DNA from: Carcharhinus amblyrhynchos
Lineage: Eukaryota
Direction of reading: 5' to 3'
DNA length: 64,000 nucleotides
Assembly: GCA_965287045.1 (NCBI GenBank)
Contig: OZ336897.1
Coordinates: 11,036,001 to 11,100,000 of the forward strand
Shown: positions 12,373 to 24,130 of the stretch, piece by piece
How positions within the stretch are numbered: the first letter of the stretch is position 1
Layout: each line of letters begins with the position of its first letter
The notes under the pieces: generated by a model
What the model was told of the DNA's origin: nothing
The model's input: only the letters and a program-made list of their open reading frames with translations
Databases searched by the model: none
Program-made: the position numbers and the translations under genes

Positions 12373-12891
12373 AAAAATGGTTTGTTACCTGTGCTGGTAA
12401 GTAGCAGAAACCAATCTGAGGAAGCGAATACACAGTATCGGTGATTGCTTTTCTTTAGTATGTCAATAAAAGTTTGTTGTATCCAGCATATCATGCTTCA
12501 AAGTGTTAAGTTATAAGATGCAGCAAAGGAAAGAAAGTGCCAGTCATTTCATGCTAGATTCTTCTGATATGGGTCTAGAAGTTTACAGTGCCCTCTAATT
12601 TACAAGTTATTATTATTATCTGGATCTGCCTGTTTAGTTTGCTTCCCTACAGTGCTGGAGCAGTGGTCTTAAAAGGGCCAAGCCTGGTTAAACATAGTTC
12701 CATCTCGGCAGATAAATATTTCAAATGTACTCCAGACTACCCAGGAAAAATACCATGGGACGTCTTGTAATAGGCTACATAAGCCTAGTGACCACACAGC
12801 TAGGTATATTTTCTAAAAATTAATTTCAGCCTCTCTCTCGGTGGATTCATTCTGGATGCAGTTGCAACCAATTCATTTTCAGGATTAATTT
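11865..12891. repeat. 208-bp inverted duplication (11865-12072 and 12684-12891)
   Basis: Direct reverse-complement comparison gives 208 bp with 7 mismatches counted by eye and no indels. Confidence 0.95.
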
Positions 12892-15800
12892 CAGTTTACT
12901 TACTTTATTTTGAAATACAACCAATGAGCAGGACATAAGACACAAACAACAACTTGCATCTATATAGCAGCTTTAACATTGTACAAAACGTCCAAGACCC
13001 AGGATGGCAAAGCATGCAGAAAGATCTTCTGTCCAAATTAGATACTTATGCCAAACAAAGGTTAAATCCAAACATATACTCGCCTCATCTTTCTTTTAAC
13101 CATATTTCATTAACATGCTTAAATGGGAGGCTTAATTTAGGTGACAAGAATTTAATAGCATATTCACACTACTGTACTAGTGTGACACCAGCAGTTTACA
13201 GTCATGTATTTCTACTTTCCTTTCAACGCAGGTTGCCTCAAGGGGTGAAAATTGCCAGTACCACAACTCTACTCATGTTCACAGATGCATGCAAAGTGCT
13301 GGGGTCTGGTACTTCCTAGCTGTATTCACGCTGTAGCCATTGCATTGTGGTACTGGTGTGAGATCCAGGTGCTCTAATTACAAGAACAAATCCTGAGATT
13401 GCTGTTTATTTGTTGTGTTAATACTACTGTAATAAGGTTAATCTAAGAGATTTTAGTTTAAAAATACTCATAAGTTTTAGACAAGATTAAAGCAAGGCAG
13501 CTCATCAAAAAAAATTATATTTACAAATGTCCCCCAAAGATCATTTTTGCCTCAAGAAATCTAAATCTATAAAGCAAGGATACATACAGTCTCTTTCCAA
13601 CCATTGCTGTGTACAAATAAAAGCTTAAATAAAAGTGACAAATAATACCATTAGGCTTAGTTTTAGATCATTATCTCATTTAATTTAATATTTAAATCAA
13701 TGTTCTCATTTCATTTAATATACCCCATTGCATACAACAAGCATTAAAGTATATCAGCACCATGATACTCTGCTCAAGTATAACAATAGAATTAGCTGGC
13801 TAGGGATATTATAGCTATTCTTAATTGGTCTCAGCCAGTAATAGTTTTCCACTCTAAAATTAATATAAGCAATTTTAAATAACTCTACTTATGATTAATA
13901 AGCTCGAAAATTAAAAAGAGTCTAAAGCAATTACAGAGTACTCTTGGTCAAGACCTCATTAGGGGAAGTAGCAAGGATATAGCAGCAGAATATATAAAAG
14001 GCAGATTTTAGGTTATTTTGCTGAAGACAAATGTACATCCTCAAACATCACACCGACATTTCAAGAATAGGTCATTGTTAAAGAGTTGCCCATGTACATT
14101 TGCATGTTAATTATTTCATCCCAATGGTGATGAGGGTCAGAGTAAAATTGCGCCAATATAAAAGCCTTCAGTCTTAATGCTTGCTCTGGCTTCTACAAAG
14201 CACGCAAGTAACTTAAACCGTTAAAAAAAAGCGTTAAACAAGTTTATTGGTTCAACTACATCACAAATTAAGTACCTTGTTAATTAATCCCCTCTTCAAT
14301 AGTAGGAGGGAAACTTGTGTGCTAGGAGTTCATTGACACAGGCATGTACGTGGATGAAAGACAAATTTCACAGTTGGCCTAATCCTTTTTTATTGATTAT
14401 ATGCTTAGACTTTATGCAGAAGTGCCTGAATGCCTTGGCTGGTGAGTGAGCACATTAGCACATTTATGAAGTCCATGTTGCAAAGAAAAAATTAATATTA
14501 GCAACTGGTGCAATCTGCCTGGGTCTAAGTTGATTGAAATGAATTGAAATTCTTGTCAAACTCATTTGAACACAGGAGCACTACATGGACAATTAGTTCC
14601 TCCATATGAATACTGAACAAACACCGGCCTGGCGACTGCTTTAAGTCAGTTTACCTACTGTGTTGAGTAGGAAAATAACCAAAAGCAGTCTCTATGAAAT
14701 ATTTAACTTCCTAGTTATCACAGGGGTTCAACGAACTAAACAAGACAAAAATCGATTCCTTGGTCCCGTTGAATCAATTCTTAAAATGATTAAAGCATCT
14801 GTTTCGGTATGAATTTGTTTACTCGATCAGCTTCCCTCCTAATTGCAGTTGTTTATCTCCTAGCATCCCTGAGGCCATAATCTCCATCTCACTAATACTT
14901 AACACTCAATTCACATCTATAGCTCCTTTTAATTCTCAACAGGTTTTTTTTGGAAGGGGTGAGCTCTTAAAATTATTGAAGCCAAGAAGCCAAATAGGCA
15001 GAGTCTCTTTGTCAGAAATATTTCCTTATATACTAACAGCTGGGCACAATCATCACAAGAGGATGGTGACAACGAAGGTGCTAAAAGGCTTTTCTACAAT
15101 GATTACTGCTCCATTGGGAATTCAGTGGAGAAAAGACAGAAGAAGTGAGAGAGAATCACACAGAAAATGAATCGTAAAACAAAAAAAGCTTTGGTGGAGG
15201 CAAATTTATACTATTGAGCTTGGGCAGCTGGCTACTAAAGCAAGAAACTACAGGCACTTTTACATTATATTAATGCAGCCAACCGCAGATATGTGGGCTG
15301 TCAGCTGCACTCATATTCTGTAAACAAGCCCAGCTCCCGTCTCCCAGTGGTATCAGCTCCATAAAAATGTAGATGCAGTATTCTGTCATTGAGTTAAGGA
15401 AGACTGTTTTAGTGAGGGTGGGGAACCATTACTTTTTGTATTTGCCATTCTGTGAGGCTTTGTATAAACGTGTGCCCCAAGCTCCAATGATGTTTGGTTC
15501 CCAGTTTTGAGTGTAGAAGTGGGAGTGGCATACACAACTAAATGCAGCGCAAGTTTTCCAGAAGTACGATATCACAATATGAGAAATTAAAACTAGGTAT
15601 TCTCAGAATTTTCAGCAACTGTAATTTCATAATTCTGGACTAACATGTACTAAAGTAAATACATTTATTTAACTGTAATAAATGTAAGAAGCCCCACCTT
15701 CCAATGTGCTGTACTTTCATTCTCATATTTCTTAATTGTCTAATTACCCAAAACAAAAGAAAAAGATCATGTACTAAGGCAGCAGATCGAGTCATTTTAT

Positions 15801-16139
15801 GGAACTTACATCATCTTCAAATCATAATGTTTGAAAGCACATGCGAGAGTATAACAAAAACTACACCATATTTGAAAAAAGTGCTGCCGCTTTCCTCGGC
15901 AAATTCATTCCAATGGGAACATTACTTACTTAGTAACACCTCTTCCAAATTTGAAGAAGTGCAGATTCTATTCTTCAATTACATAAAGGTTATAGTTTGT
16001 TACTTCATTAAACCAAAGATCTTTTCCCGTAAATTTTCCTTTCCTCATCCCCAACTCCAACACCAACCTTGTTAAGTCATGGTTCCAAAGCCACCAACAG
16101 CCCTCTACCATCTCCATTTCTTTATGCTGAATGGTTAAG

Positions 16140-16412
16140 GGCAGGATAGTTGACTGAGGAGAGGCATCACAATTAATCCTGATTTCACTTATGATCCAGA
16201 TTCATATTTTTGGCTGAAGTTACTTGATCGTAAATCAGAAGCAGAATTCCTTCCTAATTATTGTAATCTGGTTCAGAGGTTTCAGAGGGTAACTATAGCA
16301 TTGCTGCTCTTCTGGGTTCAGCTGACTTCAGCACAGACCCAGAATCAAACTCAGAAAATTCTGATCTGTATAGTTCAGTGGTATATTGGCGAGTACCTTT
16401 AGCCACTGAGGT
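16140..16412 (-). mobile_element. Degraded LF-SINE-like tRNA SINE
   Basis: The minus strand reads ctcagtggctaaaggta...ctgaactatacagatcagaa...tttgattctgggtctgtgctgaagtcagctga, resembling the LF-SINE head. Confidence 0.5.
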
Positions 16413-16657
16413 AACAACCCTAAATTAGTGTGACATAATGTTGTCATTTCAGTAATATCAGTCAATCATGCATTGGTGATTCCATTGGTTGAACTATAGA
16501 GCACTGGAATTTCCAACTCAATCACCTTCATCCAGAGACCCCAAACTGTAATCAAGTTTAGCACTAAAAAGCTTCTCCTCTTGGTTACCTATCACATTCA
16601 TATTAAAATTTGGAAGTTCTTGTTTATATTGGCTTTGGTGCATGCAAATTGCATAAT

Positions 16658-16945
16658 AAGTTTAAGTTTATTTATTAGTGTCACAAGTAGGCTTACGTTA
16701 CACTGCGATGAAGTTACTGTAAAAATCCCCAAGTTACCACATTCCGGTGCCTGAAGGAAAATTTAGCATGGCCATTGCACCTAACCAGCACATCTTTTGG
16801 ATTGTGGGGGGAAACCGGAACACCTGGAGGAAACACATGCAGACATGGCGAGAACATGCAGACTCTGCACAGACAGTGACCCAAGGTGGGAATTGAACCT
16901 GGGTCCCTGGTGCTGTGAGGCAGCAGTGTTAACTACTGTGCCACC
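16658..16945 (-). mobile_element. HE1-like V-SINE, tail type A
   Basis: tRNA head ggtggcacagtagttaacactgctgcctcacagc, V-domain (gtttcctccaggtgttccggtttcccccc), and tail ...gtaagcctacttgtgacactaataaataaacttaaact. Confidence 0.9.
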
Positions 16946-17564
16946 CAAGTGGCATGTGTTGACCCAGCAATGGTATGATAAGGTTCATGGGAATGTGTAA
17001 CATATTCTGTGGTAATGCAATTTGTAGTCCAAATGTACTCACAGTGTGCTACAGACAATGGCCGAATTCTCTTCTTAAAAATTATGGCAATTTTAGTGAT
17101 CCCACTAGGGTAAAGAAAGTGGAATTTTGGAGCGACTGTGGTTTCAAAAATGCTATATAAAGATAGCAAAAATGGGAGATTCTCTGAACTTCATCTTGCA
17201 GTTTTTAAAAACATTACTCCATTTTTAAAATTACAATCCAATGCCTAGAGTGGACCAGGCAAAGAGAGACTTATAAGCTACTGCATCTTACCTTTTGGCT
17301 AAGATCAAGCATCAGATCAACTCCAAATGGGGTGCAATGCCTTATCTTGTCAGCTTGGATCTTGTTTGTCTCTTTTGTAGGGACCATGAATTGGATTTTG
17401 AATTTTTTTTTTGGAGCAAGCAAGGAATGGGTTTGAGTTTGCCAGGTCCATTCTGAGCATTTTGTGACTTTAAGGATGGATGGAGTAAAAAAAATCAAAG
17501 CTGACAAGTAAAGGCAATACACCTGATCTTAGGCTTCTTCAAGCCTCACCACCTCAGACTGTTA

Positions 17565-17900
17565 CATAGTGCTTCATAGCGAATGCCATCCCATTGAAGT
17601 GCAATCAGTTGTAATGTGAGGAAACATCAGCAGCCAATTTGTGCAATGTGCAAGGTCCAACAAACAACAATGACATAACTAACTAGGCATTTCTTTTGGT
17701 AGTGCTCATTGAGAGATAAATATTGATCAGGATACCAGGAGAGTAGTCTTTGAACAGCATCATGGGACCTATTACATTGACTTAGAAGGGAAGACATAGC
17801 CTCAGTTTAACATTTCACCTGAAATCAGTGGTTCCAATACTAAAGCACTTCTAAAGTACTATGCTGAATTATCAGTCTAGATGACGTGCTTAGAGTTCAT
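17565..17900 (-). mobile_element. Degraded Deu-domain SINE (SacSINE1-like)
   Basis: gcagccaatttgtgc...ttgagagataaatattg...catgggacctattaca...cctcagtttaacatttcacctgaaa is the reverse complement of the Deu core. Confidence 0.7.
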
Positions 17901-18149
17901 AAATGGCTGGACTGGAGCTGCTCACCAATGCATTTGTGCCATTGGGGCACTGTCCCAGGCTGGGAAACATATTGGTTGCTGGTTTCATGGATGAGGGCAG
18001 GCAATTAAAGTTGTGGAGGCCCCAACTAGAGACAATTTTGTGGATGAGATGTCACCAGCTCAATGGAGCACTGGAATCTGAAGCTCCATACAGCGAAGAA
18101 GGCACTGCGTTAATGAAAGGCCCCACAAGTGTGGCCAAAACCAATCAAG

Positions 18150-18532
18150 TGGAGCAATTTTCCCCCCAGTGCAATTCACCTCACAATCTAGATGTTGGTT
18201 ATTTGATCATCAAAGATCAGGCTGCCGATGGCACCTCCATATTGAGATGCCATCTCAGGCCTCACCTAAGTCACAAGTGCCCACCTCTCCAGGTGGGACT
18301 GCTAAAGTTTTAGAGCTGTCGGCCCTCTGATTAGGTCGTAAACATCAAGAGCCCATCTGCCCTTCTTGGTAGAACAGTATGCTCAGTGGCAGTCAATTAG
18401 GAGGCCATAGCTGAGAAGACTGCTCTGCAAATCTTGTTGCCAGCAAATGGAAGCTCAGGCACCCCCACCCCACCCCCCCACCGCTCGATGTCCTGACGTC
18501 AAGATCTTGACGCCCACAGCTAAATTCAGCCA
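18150..18532. mobile_element. Putative non-autonomous DNA transposon/MITE remnant
   Basis: GC-rich block with ends resembling ...gcaattttcccc and ...taaattcagcc, similar in style to 28370-28820 and 36670-37340. Confidence 0.35.
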
Positions 18533-19319
18533 TTAATTCAATGTCAAAAGAATTTACATTATTTATAAACACATGGTTCCTTTCTTGGTTACCACATTAG
18601 TGAAATTGGCCTCACAGGACTGGAAATCAGCATTACGAACTCCATTGGACATCAGATGTTTTGTCCATCTAAAACAAAAAATTAAAGATCCTCCATAACA
18701 TGTGCATGGTTATTGAAAATAATAAGTGGATACCTATAAACAATTAAAAATAGTTGTGGCCATAATATTACAGTGTGTAAGGGGGTTGAAGATCACAATA
18801 CTTGACCATTAGGTACAGTAAGGATCTAATGTGATGTGACTACGCACTGTATTTACCATGCACATCCTCTGTACTGCAATTGAAAGCAGTTTAGTTAAGC
18901 AAAAAAAAAAGCAATGACCTCTTAATTGATGATTTTTATTGCTGCCCTGTAGCCATTCCGAAAATCTTGCTGGCAAATTGCACTTTATACAATGTTTATC
19001 TTTTGATCCTGTTTTTGATCCCAGTGCAAGGTGTGATCTTCGCTTTCTCAGAGCATCATTAAAATGCCAGGATAAGTAAATCTGCTCTGCTGAAACCTTC
19101 CCATCCCAATTCTGTGGCCCCCAGATAATCAAAGCCCTTTCCCCAGAAGGTCAACGAGCCTTTAAGTGCACATGCTACTGAAGAACTATCTTCAGATGTA
19201 GCCATACCCCTTTGAGCAATAAAATTGTCTTATCTCCTCATCTTTCACGAAAGAGCAAGAAAGCAACTATTACACTTACATCTTCACACAATACTGCAGA
19301 CCTCATGTCTTAAATAAGG

Positions 19320-19427
19320 TGATTAACAGGGTAAATACGAGGGGTTACAGGGTGAGATTGTGGTCAGTGTTGACCTGTCAGGCCAAATGGCCTCCTTCTG
19401 CACCATAGGGATTTTATGATTCTATGA
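19320..19427 (+). mobile_element. HE1 SINE 3' tail fragment (type B)
   Basis: ggattaacagggtaaatacgaggggttacaggg...ggccaaatggcctccttctgcaccatagggattttatgattctatg. Confidence 0.8.
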
Positions 19428-20042
19428 ATAAATAAGTAACAATATAGAAACCAATGCATTTTTTGTATTGTTTTTGCTACTTTCAAGGCTAACTTTGAAA
19501 ATTAATCACCTTAGTGCTCAGTGAAAGATGAAATACAATTTTACTAATAAATATATTGATGTGTTTGCGTAATTTATGTTTGCAAATGGGTCCCTATCTT
19601 ACTGTTAGTATGATTAAAGCTAATCATTAGTGCTCTCAGCACACTAGGGATAAAACTATTTCAGGTGTGCAACAAGTCATTTTATAGACAAAAAGAAAAC
19701 AGAGAGCAGGGTGGAATATTAAACTGCAAGCCTAAGGGAGGTTTGTTGTGACAAAAAGGTATAAATGCTTCTGAAAGTGAGTTCTGTATTTCTGTACCCA
19801 GTCAACTAAAAATTAAATGATTACCAATTATTCACTAAAGTAAAAGCAAAATATTGCAGGTACTGGAAATTGGAAATAAAAAAAGGCTAGAAAAATTCAG
19901 GTGTGGTAGCATCTGTGGAGGAACATAGTTAACATAGTCCAATCTCACTCTTCTTCAGGACTTGGAGAGATAGAAGTATGATGGGCTTCATGTTGTTGGG
20001 AGAGGGAGAGGAACATTTGAAGCAAAATAGAAGGTCAGGGTT

Positions 20043-20263
20043 AGTTTAAATTTTAAGTTTATTTATTCGTGTCACAAGTAGGCTTATATTCACATGGCAA
20101 TGAAGTTATTGTGAAAATCCCCTGGACGCCGCACTCTGGTGCCTGTTCGGGTACACTGCAGAATTTAGCATGGCCAGAGAGAACGTGCAAACTCTGCAGG
20201 GAGAGTGACCTAAACCAGGGATCAAACTCGCAGTGGGCTGTAGTGCTAACCACTGTGCCACCC
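20043..20263 (-). mobile_element. HE1-like V-SINE, tail type A, internally deleted
   Basis: Same head and tail as 16658-16945, lacking part of the V-domain. Confidence 0.85.
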
Positions 20264-20363
20264 TAGAGGGTAGGAGAGATTGAATGACAATGATATCATG
20301 GAAGACATGACGACGGGAGTTGTAACAATTGTACTGAAACCTGAAGCTTTGGTTCAGAGTAGC

Positions 20364-21592
20364 TGTTATAGTAGAATACCTGTCTGAAAGTGAAATAGCA
20401 GAATGTATTATATTAAGAAATGCAAATATTTACTTTAATTTTAAATTGGCAATCAGAGTTTGGGAACTCGGATGTCCTGCACATGTGCCACCCAGGGAGT
20501 GGCTGCACATCTACTGTTGGCGTCTTTTACCATCTACAGGCTGGGTGGCAGTCCAGCACGCCTGCCCAGAATGGAAGAGGTGAAACTGTGAGAACCCACA
20601 CGTCAGGTGACCGAAACCAGAGCACCATTTTAGAGAAGGTGCTCCAGGGAGCTGGACATGGAGTAGCGGACAGGGAGAGGTCCCAGAAGAAAGCCCAAGG
20701 CAAGGACAGTGATTAGAAAAAGGTCGTAGAAAGAAGTCTCAGGTAAGGGACAGAGACAGGAATCAGAAAAAAGTCCCGATAGGTAAAGTTGAGAGAAACG
20801 AGCAGAGAATTAGGCTCCAAAAGAGCTGCAGCGAGCAGACTTGGCACAAAGTGGGTTCAAACGAAGCCCTGAAAATCAGAGTACAACCAAAGATTAGTGA
20901 CTCATTAGCCAGGGCCTTTTGGAGCAGTAGTATTCTGCCTGGTATGGGCAAAGATCTAAAATTGTGCTGGGAAGGTGAAGTTTGCCTATACTCAGAGATG
21001 GAAGAAAAAGGAATCTCAGAAAGTGAGGCTCAAACCCTGGAGGTGGATTCTTGTTGAAGTGACCCGAGTGGGAGCAACATTTGAACAAAATTCTAAGACA
21101 GATTATTTAAATGTGGAGATTGGAAATCCTCATAAGAAAGGTGAGACTTACAATGTAACAAGTGTCCAAGTGAGTTGTTGAAGACTCTATGGAATTTGCC
21201 ATTTATTTTGGAGTACAGCACATCTGCAGTTCTGCTAATTCACATGAACCTCATACTTAACATGAATATTAGAGTATAAGATAGTTATTCTAAATTGTTT
21301 ACCTATCTGACTGTACATGAGTCTGTAAAGGTATTGTTGGGTTAGAGGAATAGTGTGATTTGAATTATTCTCGTACATTGGTACTGGGATATTTCTAACT
21401 TTTTTATCTGGCATAATATAGCTATCTTTTCTTCTTTAGTAAGTGATTTACTCTCTATGTTAAAAGTTGACCAGCAGATTCCTGGTAACTTTCCTCCACA
21501 GTTTCTAAAAGAAAACAAAGTTAGGATCTATCAAGCCAGATTTCACTCTGAAATCTGATTTGTCCTCATCAACATCACCTGGAATCATAACA
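20364..21592 (+). mobile_element. Putative solo LTR
   Basis: Termini TGTTAT...ATAACA form a perfect 6-bp inverted repeat with TG..CA ends. The 1.2-kb non-coding block interrupts another repeat. No clear TSD. Confidence 0.45.
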
Positions 21593-22918
21593 GTTAATAG
21601 CAGAGAAAGGATCAGCATTGCCCAAAAGCAAAAACTTGAGAACGAAATACATAATGGCATCGGGGCTGGGGGGGTGGGGGAAATTCAAAATGGAGAGTTT
21701 GTGGTCTGAAGTTGTTGAACACAATGTTGACTTCAGAAGGCTATAAAGAGCCTAATTGGAAAATTTGGTGCTATTCCTCCAATTATTCACTTACACAGTC
21801 AACTATGTTTAAACAAAAAATGTTTTTGTTTTATGTTTGTACGTTGGGGAGGTGTTAAAATCCAAGTTAATGTTACTATTGAATGGAAAGATCCCAGAAT
21901 AGAACCTTGGCTTATAAAACCATAACTTTTATTTTTTTAAGAAAGCATGGATGAACAGAAAGTTTTGTGGTAAATTCTAAACACAATAAACATAGTCAAG
22001 TGCACCTCCAGGGTTTCCAACTTTCCTTTCAGAATTCCTTTGTCTTGAAAAGCCATGAGTATTCAAATTCACATAATCTCTCAGGTACTCGATTCCCAAC
22101 CAAATACTATTGCCCCAAAGACATTAAGGACATCAACCTTACGACTTCTTCAGATACCTGGCTTTTTTCTCACCAATTGCATCTAGTTTGCTCTTTCCAA
22201 TTCTGTCTATAAGTGAACAGTACCCTGCTCAAATTGCAGTTCCTGTTTTCCATTTTACTTCAATCTTTCTAGAAACCTCTCTTCATTTTCTAGTTTCTGG
22301 AATTGGCTATCTTTTAGTTTCTCTGAGACTTGCTTTCTTGCCCATTACTCTATTATATGGCTTTTCTTCTGGCAGAGCTGAGACAGCTGCCTTCACTTCA
22401 CTCCTTAGCTCCAACTGCTAGGGATTCTTTTACACTAAAAACACAAGAATGGGGATCTCCCCACCACTTGTTTTCTTGCAGTGCGACCAGATGATCCTGC
22501 CAGTGCAAACAGACGGTGAATTACGGCCAAGGTCTTTTCCCTAAAAGTGACGCCAGCTTTTTAAGCAACAGCTCACTCTTTTTCCAAGCTGTTGTTTACC
22601 TTTCATGCCATAAATTCTCTGAACACAGCGACACATCTTAAAATTAAATTACCCTTTCATACCTAGAAACACTAAAGTAAGCTCACTTAAGCCTATATCT
22701 TTTTGTAAAATCCAACAATACAAAAACAAATCATTTAGAACTATCTCTGCTTCCTGACAGAGGAACTGGTTGTATTAAATAAGTTAGACCATATCTTTTT
22801 AACTCTGGAAAATAGCTTCAAATCAAATGTGAGCTAGGTTTGCAAACTCCGGTTGAATGTATTCCAGGAGGTTTCATCACATGACTTCACTTTGCACTAC
22901 TGTTAATATTATAAGTCA

Positions 22919-23158
22919 TGATGTGAAGATGCCAGTATTGGACTAGGTAAACACAGTAAGAAGTCTCACAACACCAGGTTAAAGTTCAACAGGTTTATTT
23001 GGTAGTAAACACCACTAGCTTTCAGAATGCTATTCCTTTGTCAGGTGAGTGGGGAGTTCTCCCACTCACCTGACGAAGGAACAGCATTCTGAAAGCTAGT
23101 GGAGTTTACTACCAAATAAACCTATTGGGCTTTAACCTGGTGTTGTGAGGCTTCTTAC
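22919..23158. mobile_element. Penelope-like palindromic insertion (inverted pLTR pair) with target-site duplication
   Basis: Near-perfect palindrome 22955-23159 centred near 23057. It is flanked by taatattataagtca (22904-22918) and taacattataagtca (23159-23173). Confidence 0.8.
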
Positions 23159-23529
23159 TAACATTATAAGTCACATGGGACACTGTCTTCTCATATCAAT
23201 TAGAAAGCAAATAGACTATTTTTCACCTGGTTAGGTGCTTTTGGATTATTAGTCAAACTTGTTTCCCATTTCTGATTTATATTTACTCTGTGTTTGATTT
23301 TTCTCCCAGGTTACCGTAGCAATATCCAGGAAATAAATAATAAATTTCTGGAGACTCCAAGTCAATCCACATAAAGGCTCTTAAAAGATCTGCAGGCAGT
23401 CAGGAAGAAAATGGAAAGCTGAAATACAAAGCTGGTCTGTTATCAGCTGTGTGAAAAAGTCCAATTGTGATATCCCACTGAAAGGAATGCAAATGAAACT
23501 TTACAATTATTCCAGCTCCCCTACTCTTG

Positions 23530-24130
23530 CCCGAGAGCTTCATTTTACCTCTTCAAATATTTATCCAATTCTTTGTTGAAAGTTTCTATGGAATCTGCTT
23601 CTGGCAAGAAATCACAAGAGTTTGCTGTGCAAGAAAATATTTCTTCTTGTCACCACTTTTGCCAGTCACCTTAAATCTGAGTCCTCTAGTTGCAGACCTT
23701 TCTGCCACTGGGAACAGTTTCTCCTTATTTACTCTATCAAATATGTTGGTAATTTTGACCATGACTATCAAATCTCCCCTTAATCTTCGCTGTTTCTAGA
23801 AAAACAACGCCACTTTTTCCAATCGCTGTATATAACTAACTCTCTTAATCCCCAGGGCTATTCTAGATCACCCTATTCTGTTACCTTAAAGAATCCAATT
23901 GAGTTGGTCTGACATAACTTACTTTCACAAATATATGCTGATTGATTAACTCATGCCTTACCAAGTGGTGTCTATTGTGTTCCTGATCATGGTTTCCACT
24001 AACCTTCCTATCATTGATGTCAGGCTGACGAGCCTGTAGTTGCCTGATTTATCCCTCTTGTCTCTCTTGAACAGTGGTATAACATTAGCAATTGTCCTGT
24101 GTTTGGCAGTCCTCCTGTATTCAGTAAGAA
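23530..24130 (-). mobile_element. Old CR1 LINE fragments
   Basis: Translations ANVIPLFKRDKRDKSGNYRLVSLTSMIG and KITNIFDRVNKEKLFP...TRGLRFKV are CR1 RT motifs. Confidence 0.8.

Larger units (their letters stand above)
19841..21790. mobile_element. Penelope-like remnant hosting a nested HE1 SINE and a putative solo LTR
   Basis: Starts with the aaagcaaaatattgcagg...tagcatctgtggag terminus. Host-like sequence resumes at 21593 (gttaatagcagag...gtctgaagttgttgaacacaatgttgacttcagaaggct). Confidence 0.5.

Noticed and set aside
16797-17000. Recurrent peptide CGxKPEHLEETHAD...CEAAVLTTVP in several ORFs
   Set aside because: This is the antisense translation of the HE1 SINE, not a gene family.
21960-22420. 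Purine-rich, charged-looking minus-strand frames
   Set aside because: There are stops in all frames and no motif I can name. It may be a decayed TE ORF, but I cannot support that.
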